In this document: one piece after another, positions 7,066-17,011 of the stretch | Layout of the letters: the number at the start of each line of letters is the position of its first letter | Position numbering within the stretch: position 1 is the stretch's first letter | Source: a virus | Length of the DNA: 28,251 nucleotides | Direction: 5' to 3' (one strand) | Virus record (IMG/VR): IMGVR_UViG_3300045988_167927 | The notes under the pieces: model-generated | Databases searched by the model: none | What the model was told of the DNA's origin: nothing | What the model saw: the letters and a program-made list of their open reading frames with translations, nothing else | Position numbers and translations under genes: made by a program

Positions 7066-9279
7066 ATGGCAAGAAAAATCATAATCAATGGAGAGGATAT
7101 TACGACCTCAAAGCAAATATCACTAAAGAACCGTACTATCGCTTCAATAGAGATAGTCGACGATGCCTTTCTTTACTTCAAGAGTGTTTCGGGCGATTTG
7201 GTCTCGCAGTATTTCATCAAGGAAAACACACAGGGCGTAGGGGGCAAGGCGGACTGCCAGTTGAAAGACGTACAACTTGGTAAGCACACACTCATTGTCA
7301 AGTACGCCGTATCAGATGACAGACAGGAGCAGTCGTATGTCATCAACGTCACAGTTATCAGTAGGGACGAGTGCTTTATCAAAATCAACAATGTGAACAA
7401 CGCCACCGATACTGTAAGTGGCGAGGGTGTGGAGAAACTATACACAATAACCACACAGAACATCACAGGCGCACTAAAGGCAGATGTGAGCGGTAACTTC
7501 GCCACTGTGGAGATAGACACTGGCACTCTGTCTGTCTTGGTGTCAAAGAACACAACGGCGATGGAGCGGAACTGTACCGTCAAGGTCTACGGCGTAAACT
7601 CCAACGGCGACACATCATACGCCTATCTCTACCTCGTCCAAAAGGCAGGTACGGAGTATGTGTCTGTCTTTGAACTGTCTATGTACGACTACAGCGTAGG
7701 CGGTAACGAGACATCTATATTCATCGACCCTGTCACTGTCAAGAACGTAAACGCTGGGAAAGTAAGCGTTACGAGCGATGTCTCTTGGGCGAGCGGTGTC
7801 TACAGCGATAGTGTTATTCAGATAGATGGTAAACCTGGCATAACAATAACCGTACAGTCAAACGACAGCGTAGGTGTCAGAGACGGAAACCTCACAGTGA
7901 CGGCCACAGGCACAGACGGTCAGAGTTTCAATCGCACAATAAAACTCCACCAGTTCGGAAACAGTGAACTACCGTACATATCAATCGACAGTGCCGAAGA
8001 TGATGATGCGTTCAAAATTGGTAACAGGAAAGGCGACAGTTGCACAGTGCGTTTCTTCTCACAGAATGTGTTTGAAAACAGTTATTCATTGATATACGAC
8101 GATTACTTCAACGAGTACATATCCATCGCCCTCAACAGAGAAAATATGACTATCACCATTACGTCAAAGTATGACAACCGTCAACCCGACGGGATTACCA
8201 TCGACTTTGTACTTCAAGGGCAAAGCACTAAACCGAAGTACAGCGACATCGTCAGCGCATACTTCACCGTTATCATCGACCCACCTGCACCGTACCTGTC
8301 ATTCCCTGTATGGAAGACAATGAACATTGAAATCCCCATTGTAACCCCATTCTATACTATTAAAAAGGGAGATGATTTAATCTTTAGTGGTAAGGTCTAC
8401 GCACAAAAGACGGATTTGGTTAGAAGTATTAATGTCAACGATATAATCGAGGATTATACAAGCGACGGTATTGACATCACATCATCGCAGAGATGGCAGA
8501 AGACAGAAAACGAGAAAGTGTTCACTCTCGCCACTGGAGCGAACGAGACGGAGATGTCAGATATGTTCAACTTGGTTGTTACAGACGACTGGTCGTATGC
8601 CGACAGGTCGAGAACATACTTCACATCAGACCCTATCTGCTACACCCTCGACAGCAGACAGTATTTCATTTTCTCCGTACAAAACAGATACGGCGACACA
8701 CTGCCCTCGTATGCGTATCAGACCGACACAATGTCAGTTGACGGTGTTGACAGCGGTGACTACAAAGTTGTGAGCGATGAGAGTTACACACAAATCATCA
8801 AGGATATATCAAACTTAAAGACAATAGACATAACAGAGATGAACAATGTAGATGATACGAGATACTTCAAGGTATGCGCTACAAAGAACAAATATTGCCT
8901 GTACTACAAGAACCTCTACGGCGGATATGATTCTATTCTCTTGAACCCTACCTCTCAACTCTCCGCAAGTATAACAGACAACACATTGACAACAGACTAC
9001 GACACAACAACGCTCAACCATTACAAACGCTCATACAGTAAGACAGTACAGAACAAGTGGACGTTAAAGACCAATCTGTTGAACGACGCACAGAGCGAGA
9101 AGATGCGACATATCTACACCTCTAACCAAATGTGGTTGCATAACCTTGAGACAGGCAAACTCTACGCTGTGAACCCTACGGACAAGACATTCACAGAAAA
9201 GACGTTCAAATCGAACAAGCACAAACCTATGTCCTACACCATAACGGTAGAGGAAGCGTACACACAGGACAGACGATAA
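7066..9279 (+). CDS. Tail protein with N-terminal BACON-like Ig repeats and a distal-tail-like C-terminal half
   Basis: 737 aa. Two repeats end in the BACON-type signature R-x-x-x-(V/L)-x-V...Q-x-(A/G): ERNCTVKVYGVNSNGDTSYAYLYLVQKAG (about 7417-7648) and VRDGNLTVTATGTDGQSFNRTIKLHQFG (about 7678-7960). Confidence 0.6.
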   Translation: MARKIIINGEDITTSKQISLKNRTIASIEIVDDAFLYFKSVSGDLVSQYFIKENTQGVGGKADCQLKDVQLGKHTLIVKYAVSDDRQEQSYVINVTVISRDECFIKINNVNNATDTVSGEGVEKLYTITTQNITGALKADVSGNFATVEIDTGTLSVLVSKNTTAMERNCTVKVYGVNSNGDTSYAYLYLVQKAGTEYVSVFELSMYDYSVGGNETSIFIDPVTVKNVNAGKVSVTSDVSWASGVYSDSVIQIDGKPGITITVQSNDSVGVRDGNLTVTATGTDGQSFNRTIKLHQFGNSELPYISIDSAEDDDAFKIGNRKGDSCTVRFFSQNVFENSYSLIYDDYFNEYISIALNRENMTITITSKYDNRQPDGITIDFVLQGQSTKPKYSDIVSAYFTVIIDPPAPYLSFPVWKTMNIEIPIVTPFYTIKKGDDLIFSGKVYAQKTDLVRSINVNDIIEDYTSDGIDITSSQRWQKTENEKVFTLATGANETEMSDMFNLVVTDDWSYADRSRTYFTSDPICYTLDSRQYFIFSVQNRYGDTLPSYAYQTDTMSVDGVDSGDYKVVSDESYTQIIKDISNLKTIDITEMNNVDDTRYFKVCATKNKYCLYYKNLYGGYDSILLNPTSQLSASITDNTLTTDYDTTTLNHYKRSYSKTVQNKWTLKTNLLNDAQSEKMRHIYTSNQMWLHNLETGKLYAVNPTDKTFTEKTFKSNKHKPMSYTITVEEAYTQDRR

Positions 9280-9304
9280 CATACACCTATAATAGACAAT
9301 ATCA

Positions 9305-12115
9305 ATGATAGAACTATACATAGACGGAAAGAGGGCGGACATCGCACAGGACAGCGACATAAAGATGACATACCAAAGCGCAGATGCCAAAGAACCAACA
9401 GCGATAAAGAACTCGTTCTCAAAGTCGCTCAACCTCGACGGCACACCAGTGAATAACTCAATATTCGGACACTGCTACAGACTTGACATCAACATTTTAG
9501 AAAGCGACAAACTCAATGGTGTTAACTTTGACCCCCGAAAGCGAGTGCCATTTGATTTAATCAACAATGGTGAGATAATTGAATCAGGATATATTAAGTT
9601 GAACACAGTAAGCGTAGAGAGCGGAAAGGTGAAATATAACATAACTCTCTACGGCAGTTTGGGCGACTTCTTCTACAACCTCGCATACAACGATGACGGA
9701 GAGCAGTTGACACTCGCAGACATCTACTTCGGGTTTGATGATGTACAGGGTAAGAGGTTAACAGAGAGCGAGGAAACAAAGGACAGGAACATCATCAAGT
9801 GGGACGCTGACTTCATCAAAGATGGTTGGAAGAAATTAAAGACAGGCGCACCAGACAACCACTCGCCCTCAAACTTCATCGTAGGCGCACCGACTTACAG
9901 CGGTTACTACGATGATTTCAATAACGACAAGTTTCTCGTAAACTACAGAACACTGACCGACAGCGAGAAACGTCTATTCCCCGATGTGGACAACGGATAC
10001 GACGGTTATGTCACAGTTACGGCACAGAGGGAGTTCGATGAATGGGAGGCGAGAGACTTGAGGGCGGTATATCAACGCCCTTGTATAAAGACCGATTTCT
10101 TGATTGACGCTATATGCAAAAGTCAGGAGAAAAACGGTTATACGGTGGAGTTGTCAGACAGTATAAGAAACAGCGAGTATTTCAACCGAACTTGGGTTAT
10201 GCTGTCAAGGTTGGACAGGGAGAACTCCACACAGTCGGGCATCTACAACTTGACGCTTGACTACAGCACAACGCCACTACAGTCGAGGTACACAAATATA
10301 CCTCTCAAGCAGGGGAACGACTACGCAATAACTGTGAACAAAAACGAGACAGTATCTTTCAACCTCTTGATTAACAACACAATTCAGTTCCCTACGAGAG
10401 TTGAGAGCGGAAAGAGTGTCGCCACATCGTTCCTTATCTCGAACAAGAAGTCGTACTACTTCCACACCAACTACGGCGGTTATGTCTATGGCATAGTGTT
10501 GAGCGATGAACAAGGCAAGGTTGTCCACATCTCGCCTATGTACTTGCACACAACAAAAATAAACAACAAGTACAACTACCTTTCAAGCGACATATACGGA
10601 AACTGGGCGGTAGACCCTGTAGCACAGTTCGGTGTATTCAAAAACAGGTTGATAACCGACATCAAGACGGATTTAGGCACTACAGACGACCTAACACTAA
10701 AGGTGGTTTACTCCGATTTGGAAGAAACTGACGACGCTACAGGCGGTTCTGTGCGCTTCAAGTTCAAGAGCGATATGAGAGTAAAGACCAATTACTACAA
10801 CGCCACAGAGACAAAGTTGAGGGCGAGACTGTTCTTCCGCCGTATATCATACGCTGTCTTGAACAACAACGCATACGACATAAGCGGTAACGCCACATTC
10901 GGTGTAGATGTCGACGACAACGGTTATTACTGGTTGCATTCAATAGGTGGATTAAATCAAATCAATATGTCTGTCAACAGCGGATTCTTCTACGGTGAAA
11001 TCAACCCCGACACCTCTGTCTCTATGGTGTCGAAGAAGATGCTGTTCGGCAATCTGCCTACACCCCTCGCTTTCCTGACTGACTATTTCAAATTGTTCAA
11101 CTCTCGTTTCGTTTTCGACCCGAAGACGAAGACGGTGAGGATAATGACGGCGAAAGAATACTATAAAGACAGTATTGTTGACATAGAGACGGACATAGAC
11201 CGCTCACAGACGTTGACGATAACACCTACTGTTATTGAGAGCAAGTATTTCCTCTACGGAATGCCTGTGGCAGAGACATACGCCGAGAGACTGTACAGTA
11301 ACAAGAACAATGTGCCATACGGTTATTACAGACTTGTAACACCATACAATTTCTCCAATGACGAAAAGGATATATTCGCAGAGAGCATCTACACAAACAC
11401 AATACCGTACAGGTTGAACTCGCAGATGTTCGGCAGGACAAAGATAGACGAGAGCACATACTACCCGACATTCGCCATTCCGTACACATATTCGTACAAC
11501 TACATGGACAACGACTTCACCCACAACGGAGCGATGGCATCTGTGGTCATACCTCGCTACACTGACGAGATACCAAAACTGTGCTGTTTTGACACAGACA
11601 ACAGTCAGGCGGACATACCTGTGTCGCTCGTATTCTTCGACGGTTTCAAGCGTTCATCTACACCTATCATCATCTCTGATACAATAGACGAGATGATAGA
11701 CACCAACGAAAACCCCTGCTACTTGTACGACAACGCCGTTGAAAAGGTGTACGACATTCCTGTGTTCTCAAAGTACCTCACAGGCGACATAGACTACGGT
11801 AGGGAGGGTTATACACACTCCCTCGACTTCGGCAGACCTGCCTCCACATTCCTCGGTGACTTGGACTATTACACAGACGACACACAGACCTTGAGCGACT
11901 ACTGGCGCACATACATCGACGACATCTACGCAAAGAACGCAAAGACTGTCAAGTTGAAAGCGAGGATAAAGGGAAGACCAAATGACGCTATGAGGGTGTT
12001 TTACGCATTTGACAACTCCCTGTGGTTGCTGTTGAGATTGGACAACTACAACCCGAACGACACCCTGTCAGATGCGACATTCGTCAAAATAGACAGCACC
12101 AGCAATTATATTTAA
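9305..12115 (+). CDS. Large tail/baseplate (Tal-like, host-recognition) protein
   Basis: 936 aa. The N-terminus MIELYIDGKRADIAQDSDIKMTY...SKSLNLDGTPVNNSIFG is typical of phage tail hub/fibre proteins. Flanked by other tail genes. Confidence 0.55.
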   Translation: MIELYIDGKRADIAQDSDIKMTYQSADAKEPTAIKNSFSKSLNLDGTPVNNSIFGHCYRLDINILESDKLNGVNFDPRKRVPFDLINNGEIIESGYIKLNTVSVESGKVKYNITLYGSLGDFFYNLAYNDDGEQLTLADIYFGFDDVQGKRLTESEETKDRNIIKWDADFIKDGWKKLKTGAPDNHSPSNFIVGAPTYSGYYDDFNNDKFLVNYRTLTDSEKRLFPDVDNGYDGYVTVTAQREFDEWEARDLRAVYQRPCIKTDFLIDAICKSQEKNGYTVELSDSIRNSEYFNRTWVMLSRLDRENSTQSGIYNLTLDYSTTPLQSRYTNIPLKQGNDYAITVNKNETVSFNLLINNTIQFPTRVESGKSVATSFLISNKKSYYFHTNYGGYVYGIVLSDEQGKVVHISPMYLHTTKINNKYNYLSSDIYGNWAVDPVAQFGVFKNRLITDIKTDLGTTDDLTLKVVYSDLEETDDATGGSVRFKFKSDMRVKTNYYNATETKLRARLFFRRISYAVLNNNAYDISGNATFGVDVDDNGYYWLHSIGGLNQINMSVNSGFFYGEINPDTSVSMVSKKMLFGNLPTPLAFLTDYFKLFNSRFVFDPKTKTVRIMTAKEYYKDSIVDIETDIDRSQTLTITPTVIESKYFLYGMPVAETYAERLYSNKNNVPYGYYRLVTPYNFSNDEKDIFAESIYTNTIPYRLNSQMFGRTKIDESTYYPTFAIPYTYSYNYMDNDFTHNGAMASVVIPRYTDEIPKLCCFDTDNSQADIPVSLVFFDGFKRSSTPIIISDTIDEMIDTNENPCYLYDNAVEKVYDIPVFSKYLTGDIDYGREGYTHSLDFGRPASTFLGDLDYYTDDTQTLSDYWRTYIDDIYAKNAKTVKLKARIKGRPNDAMRVFYAFDNSLWLLLRLDNYNPNDTLSDATFVKIDSTSNYI

Positions 12116-12142
12116 ATTAAATCAAAACATTCATCTTAATCA

Positions 12143-14896
12143 ATGGCAGAGCAGAACATACTCAACATAACATTAAAGGACTACCGCAAGCAGATTAACG
12201 ACTTGCGTTCAGAACTGCTTGGTCTCGACAAGACAAGCGCAGAGTATGCGAGGATAGCGGACGACATTCGTCAGAAGCAGTCAAAACTGAACGAGGTTAT
12301 GAGCGTAGGCAAGGGTAACGCAGACGCTTTGGACGGCAGTTACAACGCCCTCACACATCAGATGGCGGAGTTGCGCAAGCAGTGGAAAGCGACAAACGAC
12401 GAGGCGGAGAGAGAGGTCTTGGGCAAGCAGATACTCTCAATCAACAACCAGTTGAAAGGAATGGACGCATCAATAGGCAACTGGCAGAGAAACGTAGGCG
12501 ATTACTCCAACGCATTTGTCGAGGCATTCAGTCAGATGGGCGTATCACTTGGAGGTGCGGCCAAAGGGTTCAATCTCGCCACAACAGCATCGGCAGGGTT
12601 CAAGACGGCGTTAGACCTGTTGAAAGCGCACCCTATCATCGCAGTGCTTACGCTCTTGGTCGCCATCTTCCTGAAGTTGAAGAGCGCAATCTCGGAGAAC
12701 GCCACACTCTCGGCGAAATGGAGCAAGGCGTTAGCGACATTCAAACCTATCATCAACGCCATCATCAATGTCATAGACTGGTTGGCAGGAATACTCGTCG
12801 ACCTGTTCTCTATCATAGCGGAGAACATTCCAAAGGTAGTGAAGATGATAGGCAGTGGTGCGAAAACAATCACAAATATATTGGGCAACATTGTCGACAT
12901 TGTCTTGTTCATACCAAGCAAGGTGATAGAGGCGTTCGCTTGGTTGGGGCAGAAGATTTCACAGTTCCTCAACGCAGTTATGCACACCGTCGCAAAGGTT
13001 GCTGACGCTATCGGTTTGGACACACTCGCAAACGGCATACGCAACGTAGGCGACAGCATTGATTCATTTGTCAAGAGCGCATCGAATGGCATCACCAACC
13101 TCGTAAAGAACGCAGGAACGTATGTGAAACAGGTCGGCACAAGCATTGACAAATGGGCGAACTCGCTCTCAAACAGTATGATAAAGGCGAGAAAGGCGGA
13201 AAGTGACCGTCAGAAACTCGCTAAAGATACAAGGGAAGAACAAGTCAAGATAGCGGAGAGTGAAAAACGTCAGGCGGACTTGAGGTTGAAAGCGGCGCAA
13301 CACACAGGCAAGGAGCGTCTGAAGTACCTCAAGTTGGTGATGAAAGAGATAGAGGCAAACGGAAAGCGACAGGTTGCCCTCGCCAAAGAACAGTATAGAC
13401 AGGCAGAGTATTTTGCATCACTAACACCTACAGATGTTGAGGGTAAGAAGAGACTTGCCGAACTCAAGGCAAATGTCACAAAGGCAGAGGTCACTTACAA
13501 GCGTTCTATGGTCGAGATGCAGACACAATCGACAGAGATTCAGAACCGAATAGCGAACGAGTCAAAGGCGACAACTGGGGTCGTACAGAAAGAGAACAAG
13601 AAAAGGGTCGACAGCACAAAGAACGCCCTAAAGGAAAGTGCGGAGGATTTCAAGAAATTCATACAAGATGTTAATGAAAACATAAAAAACGAGGATTCAT
13701 TCACCAAGCAGTTGCTTGATGATTCAAACCAACAGGTTGAACTGCTCAAGTCGATAGGCAAGTACACAGTAGCAGAACAGTTCAAAGCAGAAGAAGAACG
13801 AACCAAGATTGTCAAAGAGGGCATCAAAAACAGGGGGACCATACTTGACGATGCACTACAGCACTTGAGGGATATAGGCAAGACAGAGACAGACGACTAC
13901 CGCAAAATCGAGGCGCAGAAGATGAATATCAACTACGAATATCTCAAAGAGTCTGCTCAAAACCAAATCAATATCAACAAGATAAAACTCGAGAACGAAA
14001 AGGAGACCTACGAAAACATTGTCAAGGCGAGAGAGGAAATGTTCAATAGGGGTTCTGTCGAGAACACAATGAAACAGTCCGAGGACTATGTGGGCATAAC
14101 AGACCAATATCTGAACGGTCTCATCACCTACGAGGATTACCAACAGCAACTTGCCGATATGGACTCAAGATATAAACAACTTGAAATTGACAGGCAGATA
14201 GAAGCAGATGAGTTGAAGTTACAAGAACTTCAAAACTACTACGACCAAGTGTTTGCGATTACTGGTGCTAACTCCGAACAACTGAAAGACATTCAACAGC
14301 AGATAACCGCTACAGAGATTTCGCTCGAACAACAAAAGAGTAACCGCTTGAAACAGATTGCCGACAATGATGTGAAGCAGAAGCAGAAAAACGATAAGGC
14401 GGAAGAAAAACTGCTTAAATTAAAACAGAAACGAGAGCAGAACAACCTCAATACCTACAGCAAGTTCTCAAGTGCGATGCAGTCTATAATGGGAGAGAAC
14501 TCCAAGGCGACAAAGGCACTCGCCATCACAGATGCTGTGGTCTCAACTTGGGTAGGTGCTAACAAGATACTCAAGGAAGGCCCGTCTGCATACGGCCCTG
14601 GCCCTATCGGTGTTGCGTTGATGTACGCCTCTATGGCAGGAGAAATCGCAACAGGTATAGCAAATGTCAAGAACATTATGAGCGAAAAGAACGAGGGTGC
14701 ATCTTCCGCAGTAAACTCAACTGTATCAACTTTATCAACGGCACAGGTAACTCCGTTATTGGACGAAAACCAAAACAACATACCGACACCTATGTATGAT
14801 GTCAACGGAGGAAATCAGAGAGTTTATGTCGTTGAGAGCGATATAACCGATGTTCAACGTCGAGTTCAAGTGTCAGAGTCGGAAAGTTCATTTTAG
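12143..14896 (+). CDS. Tail tape measure protein
   Basis: 917 aa with long K/E/Q-rich coiled-coil stretches. Hydrophobic segments include IIAVLTLLVAIFL and INAIINVIDWLAGILVDLFSIIA. A G/A-rich C-terminal segment reads GPSAYGPGPIGVALMYASMAGEIATGIANV. Confidence 0.8.
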   Translation: MAEQNILNITLKDYRKQINDLRSELLGLDKTSAEYARIADDIRQKQSKLNEVMSVGKGNADALDGSYNALTHQMAELRKQWKATNDEAEREVLGKQILSINNQLKGMDASIGNWQRNVGDYSNAFVEAFSQMGVSLGGAAKGFNLATTASAGFKTALDLLKAHPIIAVLTLLVAIFLKLKSAISENATLSAKWSKALATFKPIINAIINVIDWLAGILVDLFSIIAENIPKVVKMIGSGAKTITNILGNIVDIVLFIPSKVIEAFAWLGQKISQFLNAVMHTVAKVADAIGLDTLANGIRNVGDSIDSFVKSASNGITNLVKNAGTYVKQVGTSIDKWANSLSNSMIKARKAESDRQKLAKDTREEQVKIAESEKRQADLRLKAAQHTGKERLKYLKLVMKEIEANGKRQVALAKEQYRQAEYFASLTPTDVEGKKRLAELKANVTKAEVTYKRSMVEMQTQSTEIQNRIANESKATTGVVQKENKKRVDSTKNALKESAEDFKKFIQDVNENIKNEDSFTKQLLDDSNQQVELLKSIGKYTVAEQFKAEEERTKIVKEGIKNRGTILDDALQHLRDIGKTETDDYRKIEAQKMNINYEYLKESAQNQININKIKLENEKETYENIVKAREEMFNRGSVENTMKQSEDYVGITDQYLNGLITYEDYQQQLADMDSRYKQLEIDRQIEADELKLQELQNYYDQVFAITGANSEQLKDIQQQITATEISLEQQKSNRLKQIADNDVKQKQKNDKAEEKLLKLKQKREQNNLNTYSKFSSAMQSIMGENSKATKALAITDAVVSTWVGANKILKEGPSAYGPGPIGVALMYASMAGEIATGIANVKNIMSEKNEGASSAVNSTVSTLSTAQVTPLLDENQNNIPTPMYDVNGGNQRVYVVESDITDVQRRVQVSESESSF

Positions 14897-14916
14897 ATTA
14901 CATTAAATATTGATAC

Positions 14917-14950
14917 AGAGACCGTTAGCGATGACGGTCTCTATTTTATT
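14917..14950 (+). terminator. Rho-independent terminator after the tape measure gene
   Basis: Perfect 9-bp stem AGAGACCGT (14917-14925) / ACGGTCTCT (14934-14942), 8-nt loop, then ATTTTATT. Confidence 0.8.
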
Positions 14951-15010
14951 CAATCATCAATATGTTTTGATTTAATCAAAATTGAACGATAAATATTTTT
15001 TTTATATATT

Positions 15011-15645
15011 GGTGTACGAGAGCGGATAATATCCCCACATCACTGCTTAGAGGGGTGAAACAATAAAACCCCTTAAATGGGCAAGTTCATCGAAACGTAG
15101 GTTCAGTGCGAACTATTCAACGCCGAGTAGATTTCTTGACTATCCAAACCTTTAAGCAAATAAGTGCTTATCCGCACTCCTACATACAGGGGAGAAAGAG
15201 AGAGCGTAATTGCCCCGATTGCTTGCTTAGATGCTTCCAGTTTACGCCGCTCCACTACAGAGCGAAGAACGCACTATACGTTTTAATGGTTTTCAAACGG
15301 TAAAAACCAGTCATACAACGCAATCCTGTTGCTGAAAGGGAGCAACGTCCTCTACCAGGGTCTGACGACTCCCGACTGCACATCGACAATGCGGTGACAG
15401 GACAAATTGCGGTTCGGTAAATGCCGTAGCACTTGGAGGGTGATTACGGAACTTCTGGATAACGGGAGTGTGCAGGGTCGAATGTATGGCGGTAGAGTGT
15501 AGTGACTCGAAGAATGCACTATCCCATCCTTTTATTTATTTAAGAATTTAATTATTGATTCTTTTATTATTAAAGAGGGTGGAGATAGGTGCAGGATATA
15601 AAGACCCTGGTGTATCTAATCGTAATCTCATAATTCTCATGAGAA
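15011..15645 (+). ncRNA. Candidate large structured RNA with group I (IA2-like) intron core motifs; boundaries approximate
   Basis: This is the largest ORF-free gap in the genome (14897-15876), and its core is visibly more G+C-rich than its AT-rich flanks. It contains multiple nested complementary segments and core-like strings, detailed in the first finding. Confidence 0.5.
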
Positions 15646-15696
15646 ATTCATAAATCAATAATAGAAAAACAAAACGAGGATATGTTCATAACGTAT

Positions 15697-15835
15697 CACT
15701 GCGACGCTCCGATACACTCTCGTTCCATACATAACATCATACGACCTCCACAGATGCGATATAACGCACTAAAACCTTTCCGACATACAACTAATAACCT
15801 ACGCCCTTAGAGTGCGTCAGAATCGCTCATTTAAC
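15697..15835. repeat. Noncoding repeat family X, copy 1 (most diverged)
   Basis: Shares CTGCGACGCTC and ACCTACGCCCTTAGAGTGCGTCAGAATCGCTCATTTAACGCT with the copies at 25206-25316 and 25682-25811. Confidence 0.55.
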
Positions 15836-15876
15836 GCTTAAACAGTATTCTATATATTAATCAAAACACCGCTCAA

Positions 15877-16968
15877 ATGACTAAACTCCCAATATACGAG
15901 GCACTAATTTCTTCGGAAGATGACGGTATCATCACAATATCTCTTGTTGACGACCCTGCCGTTGAGTCTGATTTCGTCTGTTTTGCAAAAGACGGAGGTA
16001 AACAGTTATTCGCCCTGTCAGACACTTCGGAACACCTAATCACTGGTTGTCTTATGAAAGCGGATACACCGATTTATCGCAACGATAACGGTTACGAATA
16101 CTACATAGTATTTTCAAAGGAAACGATAAAGACAATGGCGCAGAAGATGCTTGCAGACTCCACTTTCAAGAATATCGACCTGCAACACAACGGTGAACTG
16201 CTTCCATGTGATTCGCTTATACTTACCGAGGTGTACATCAAGGATTCAAATAAAGGCATAGACCCAAACTTTGTTGACATTCCCGACGGTTCGTTGATGA
16301 CGACGTTCAAGGTGGTAGACGAAAGCATTTGGCAGGAGTGTGTTGAGGGCGAGTATCTTAATGGATTCTCTTTAGAGGGTTTCTTCGATACAAAGCAGAT
16401 TGACTTTTCTAAAAATAAACCAAATAAAATAAATTCATTCAAGATGAGAATAAAGGAAATGTTACGCCGTATGCTTGCGCAGTTCGGCGAGGTGTCGATG
16501 GACGAGTTGACGCTCTATTACGAGGGTGACGGTGAAATCGAGGTAGGCACCAATGTTACCGACATCGACGGAAACCCTGTCGCTGACGGCGAGTACCACA
16601 ACGCCGAAATGACCGTAAAGGTTGTGGACGGCAAGGTTGACGCTATCGAGTACTTCGAAAAGGAAAATGATGATGAACCAGAAACCGATGTTGTGGACGA
16701 GGAACTTGAGGAAAACGATGAAACTGTAGTAGATGAAACAGTGGTTGAAGAACCTGCCAATGAAGAACCTGTGGTTGACATCGAAAAGGAACTCGCTGAC
16801 TTACGCTCTATGGTCGAGGAACTAAAGAAGAGGGTTGACGATATGGTCGCAGAACCAGTGGTAGACCCGATTGAAGAGGAGTTCAGCAAGAAATTCAGGA
16901 GCGACATCACCGACAAAAAGGTGCAAAGAGCGGTTGAAATCGCAAGGGCGTTACACTCAAAGGCATAA
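15877..16968 (+). CDS. XkdF-like prohead protease fused to an acidic scaffold-like C-terminal region
   Basis: The N-terminal region LVDDPAVESDF...YYIVFSKETIKTMAQKMLADSTFKNIDLQHNG resembles the XkdF putative phage serine protease family. The C-terminal third is very D/E-rich and helical. Lies directly upstream of the capsid gene. Confidence 0.65.
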   Translation: MTKLPIYEALISSEDDGIITISLVDDPAVESDFVCFAKDGGKQLFALSDTSEHLITGCLMKADTPIYRNDNGYEYYIVFSKETIKTMAQKMLADSTFKNIDLQHNGELLPCDSLILTEVYIKDSNKGIDPNFVDIPDGSLMTTFKVVDESIWQECVEGEYLNGFSLEGFFDTKQIDFSKNKPNKINSFKMRIKEMLRRMLAQFGEVSMDELTLYYEGDGEIEVGTNVTDIDGNPVADGEYHNAEMTVKVVDGKVDAIEYFEKENDDEPETDVVDEELEENDETVVDETVVEEPANEEPVVDIEKELADLRSMVEELKKRVDDMVAEPVVDPIEEEFSKKFRSDITDKKVQRAVEIARALHSKA

Positions 16969-16994
16969 CATAAATGTTATGCTGTAAACGGCGT

Positions 16995-17011
16995 AAAAGC
17001 GTACCGCATAA
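16995..17011 (+). promoter_or_regulatory. Conserved intergenic motif AAAAGCGTACCGCATAA (copy 3)
   Basis: Exact 16-nt core, preceded by a perfect 9-bp hairpin GCATAACAT-AA-ATGTTATGC that overlaps the upstream stop codon. Lies 95 nt upstream of the capsid gene start. Confidence 0.5.

Noticed and set aside
12382-13152. Long alternative-frame and antisense ORFs inside large genes (12382-13005, 12532-13152, 7173-7583, 911-1324, 16518-16916, 20043-20579, 23241-23588, 4917-5330 and others)
   Set aside because: All are nested in longer ORFs that have recognisable protein motifs. Their translations are low-complexity or R/S/C-rich. They are treated as shadow ORFs.
15106-15303. 65-aa ORF inside the large noncoding gap
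   Set aside because: Its composition is odd (MRTIQRRVDFLTIQTFKQISAYPHSY...). It lies across several of the complementary segments of the structured-RNA candidate and has no coupled neighbours. It is most likely a chance ORF in G+C-richer DNA.
15470-15490. tRNA- or tmRNA-like T-loop (GGGTCGAAT)
   Set aside because: No complementary T-stem, acceptor stem or anticodon arm could be built around it on either strand. I found no convincing tRNA anywhere in the window.
14897-15743. Group I intron interrupting the tape measure gene itself
   Set aside because: The tape measure ORF ends with a normal stop followed by a perfect terminator hairpin that has no U-G splice-site pair. Candidate 3' splice sites (G at 15664 or 15743) would add only a few codons before a stop. 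There is no support for exon continuity.
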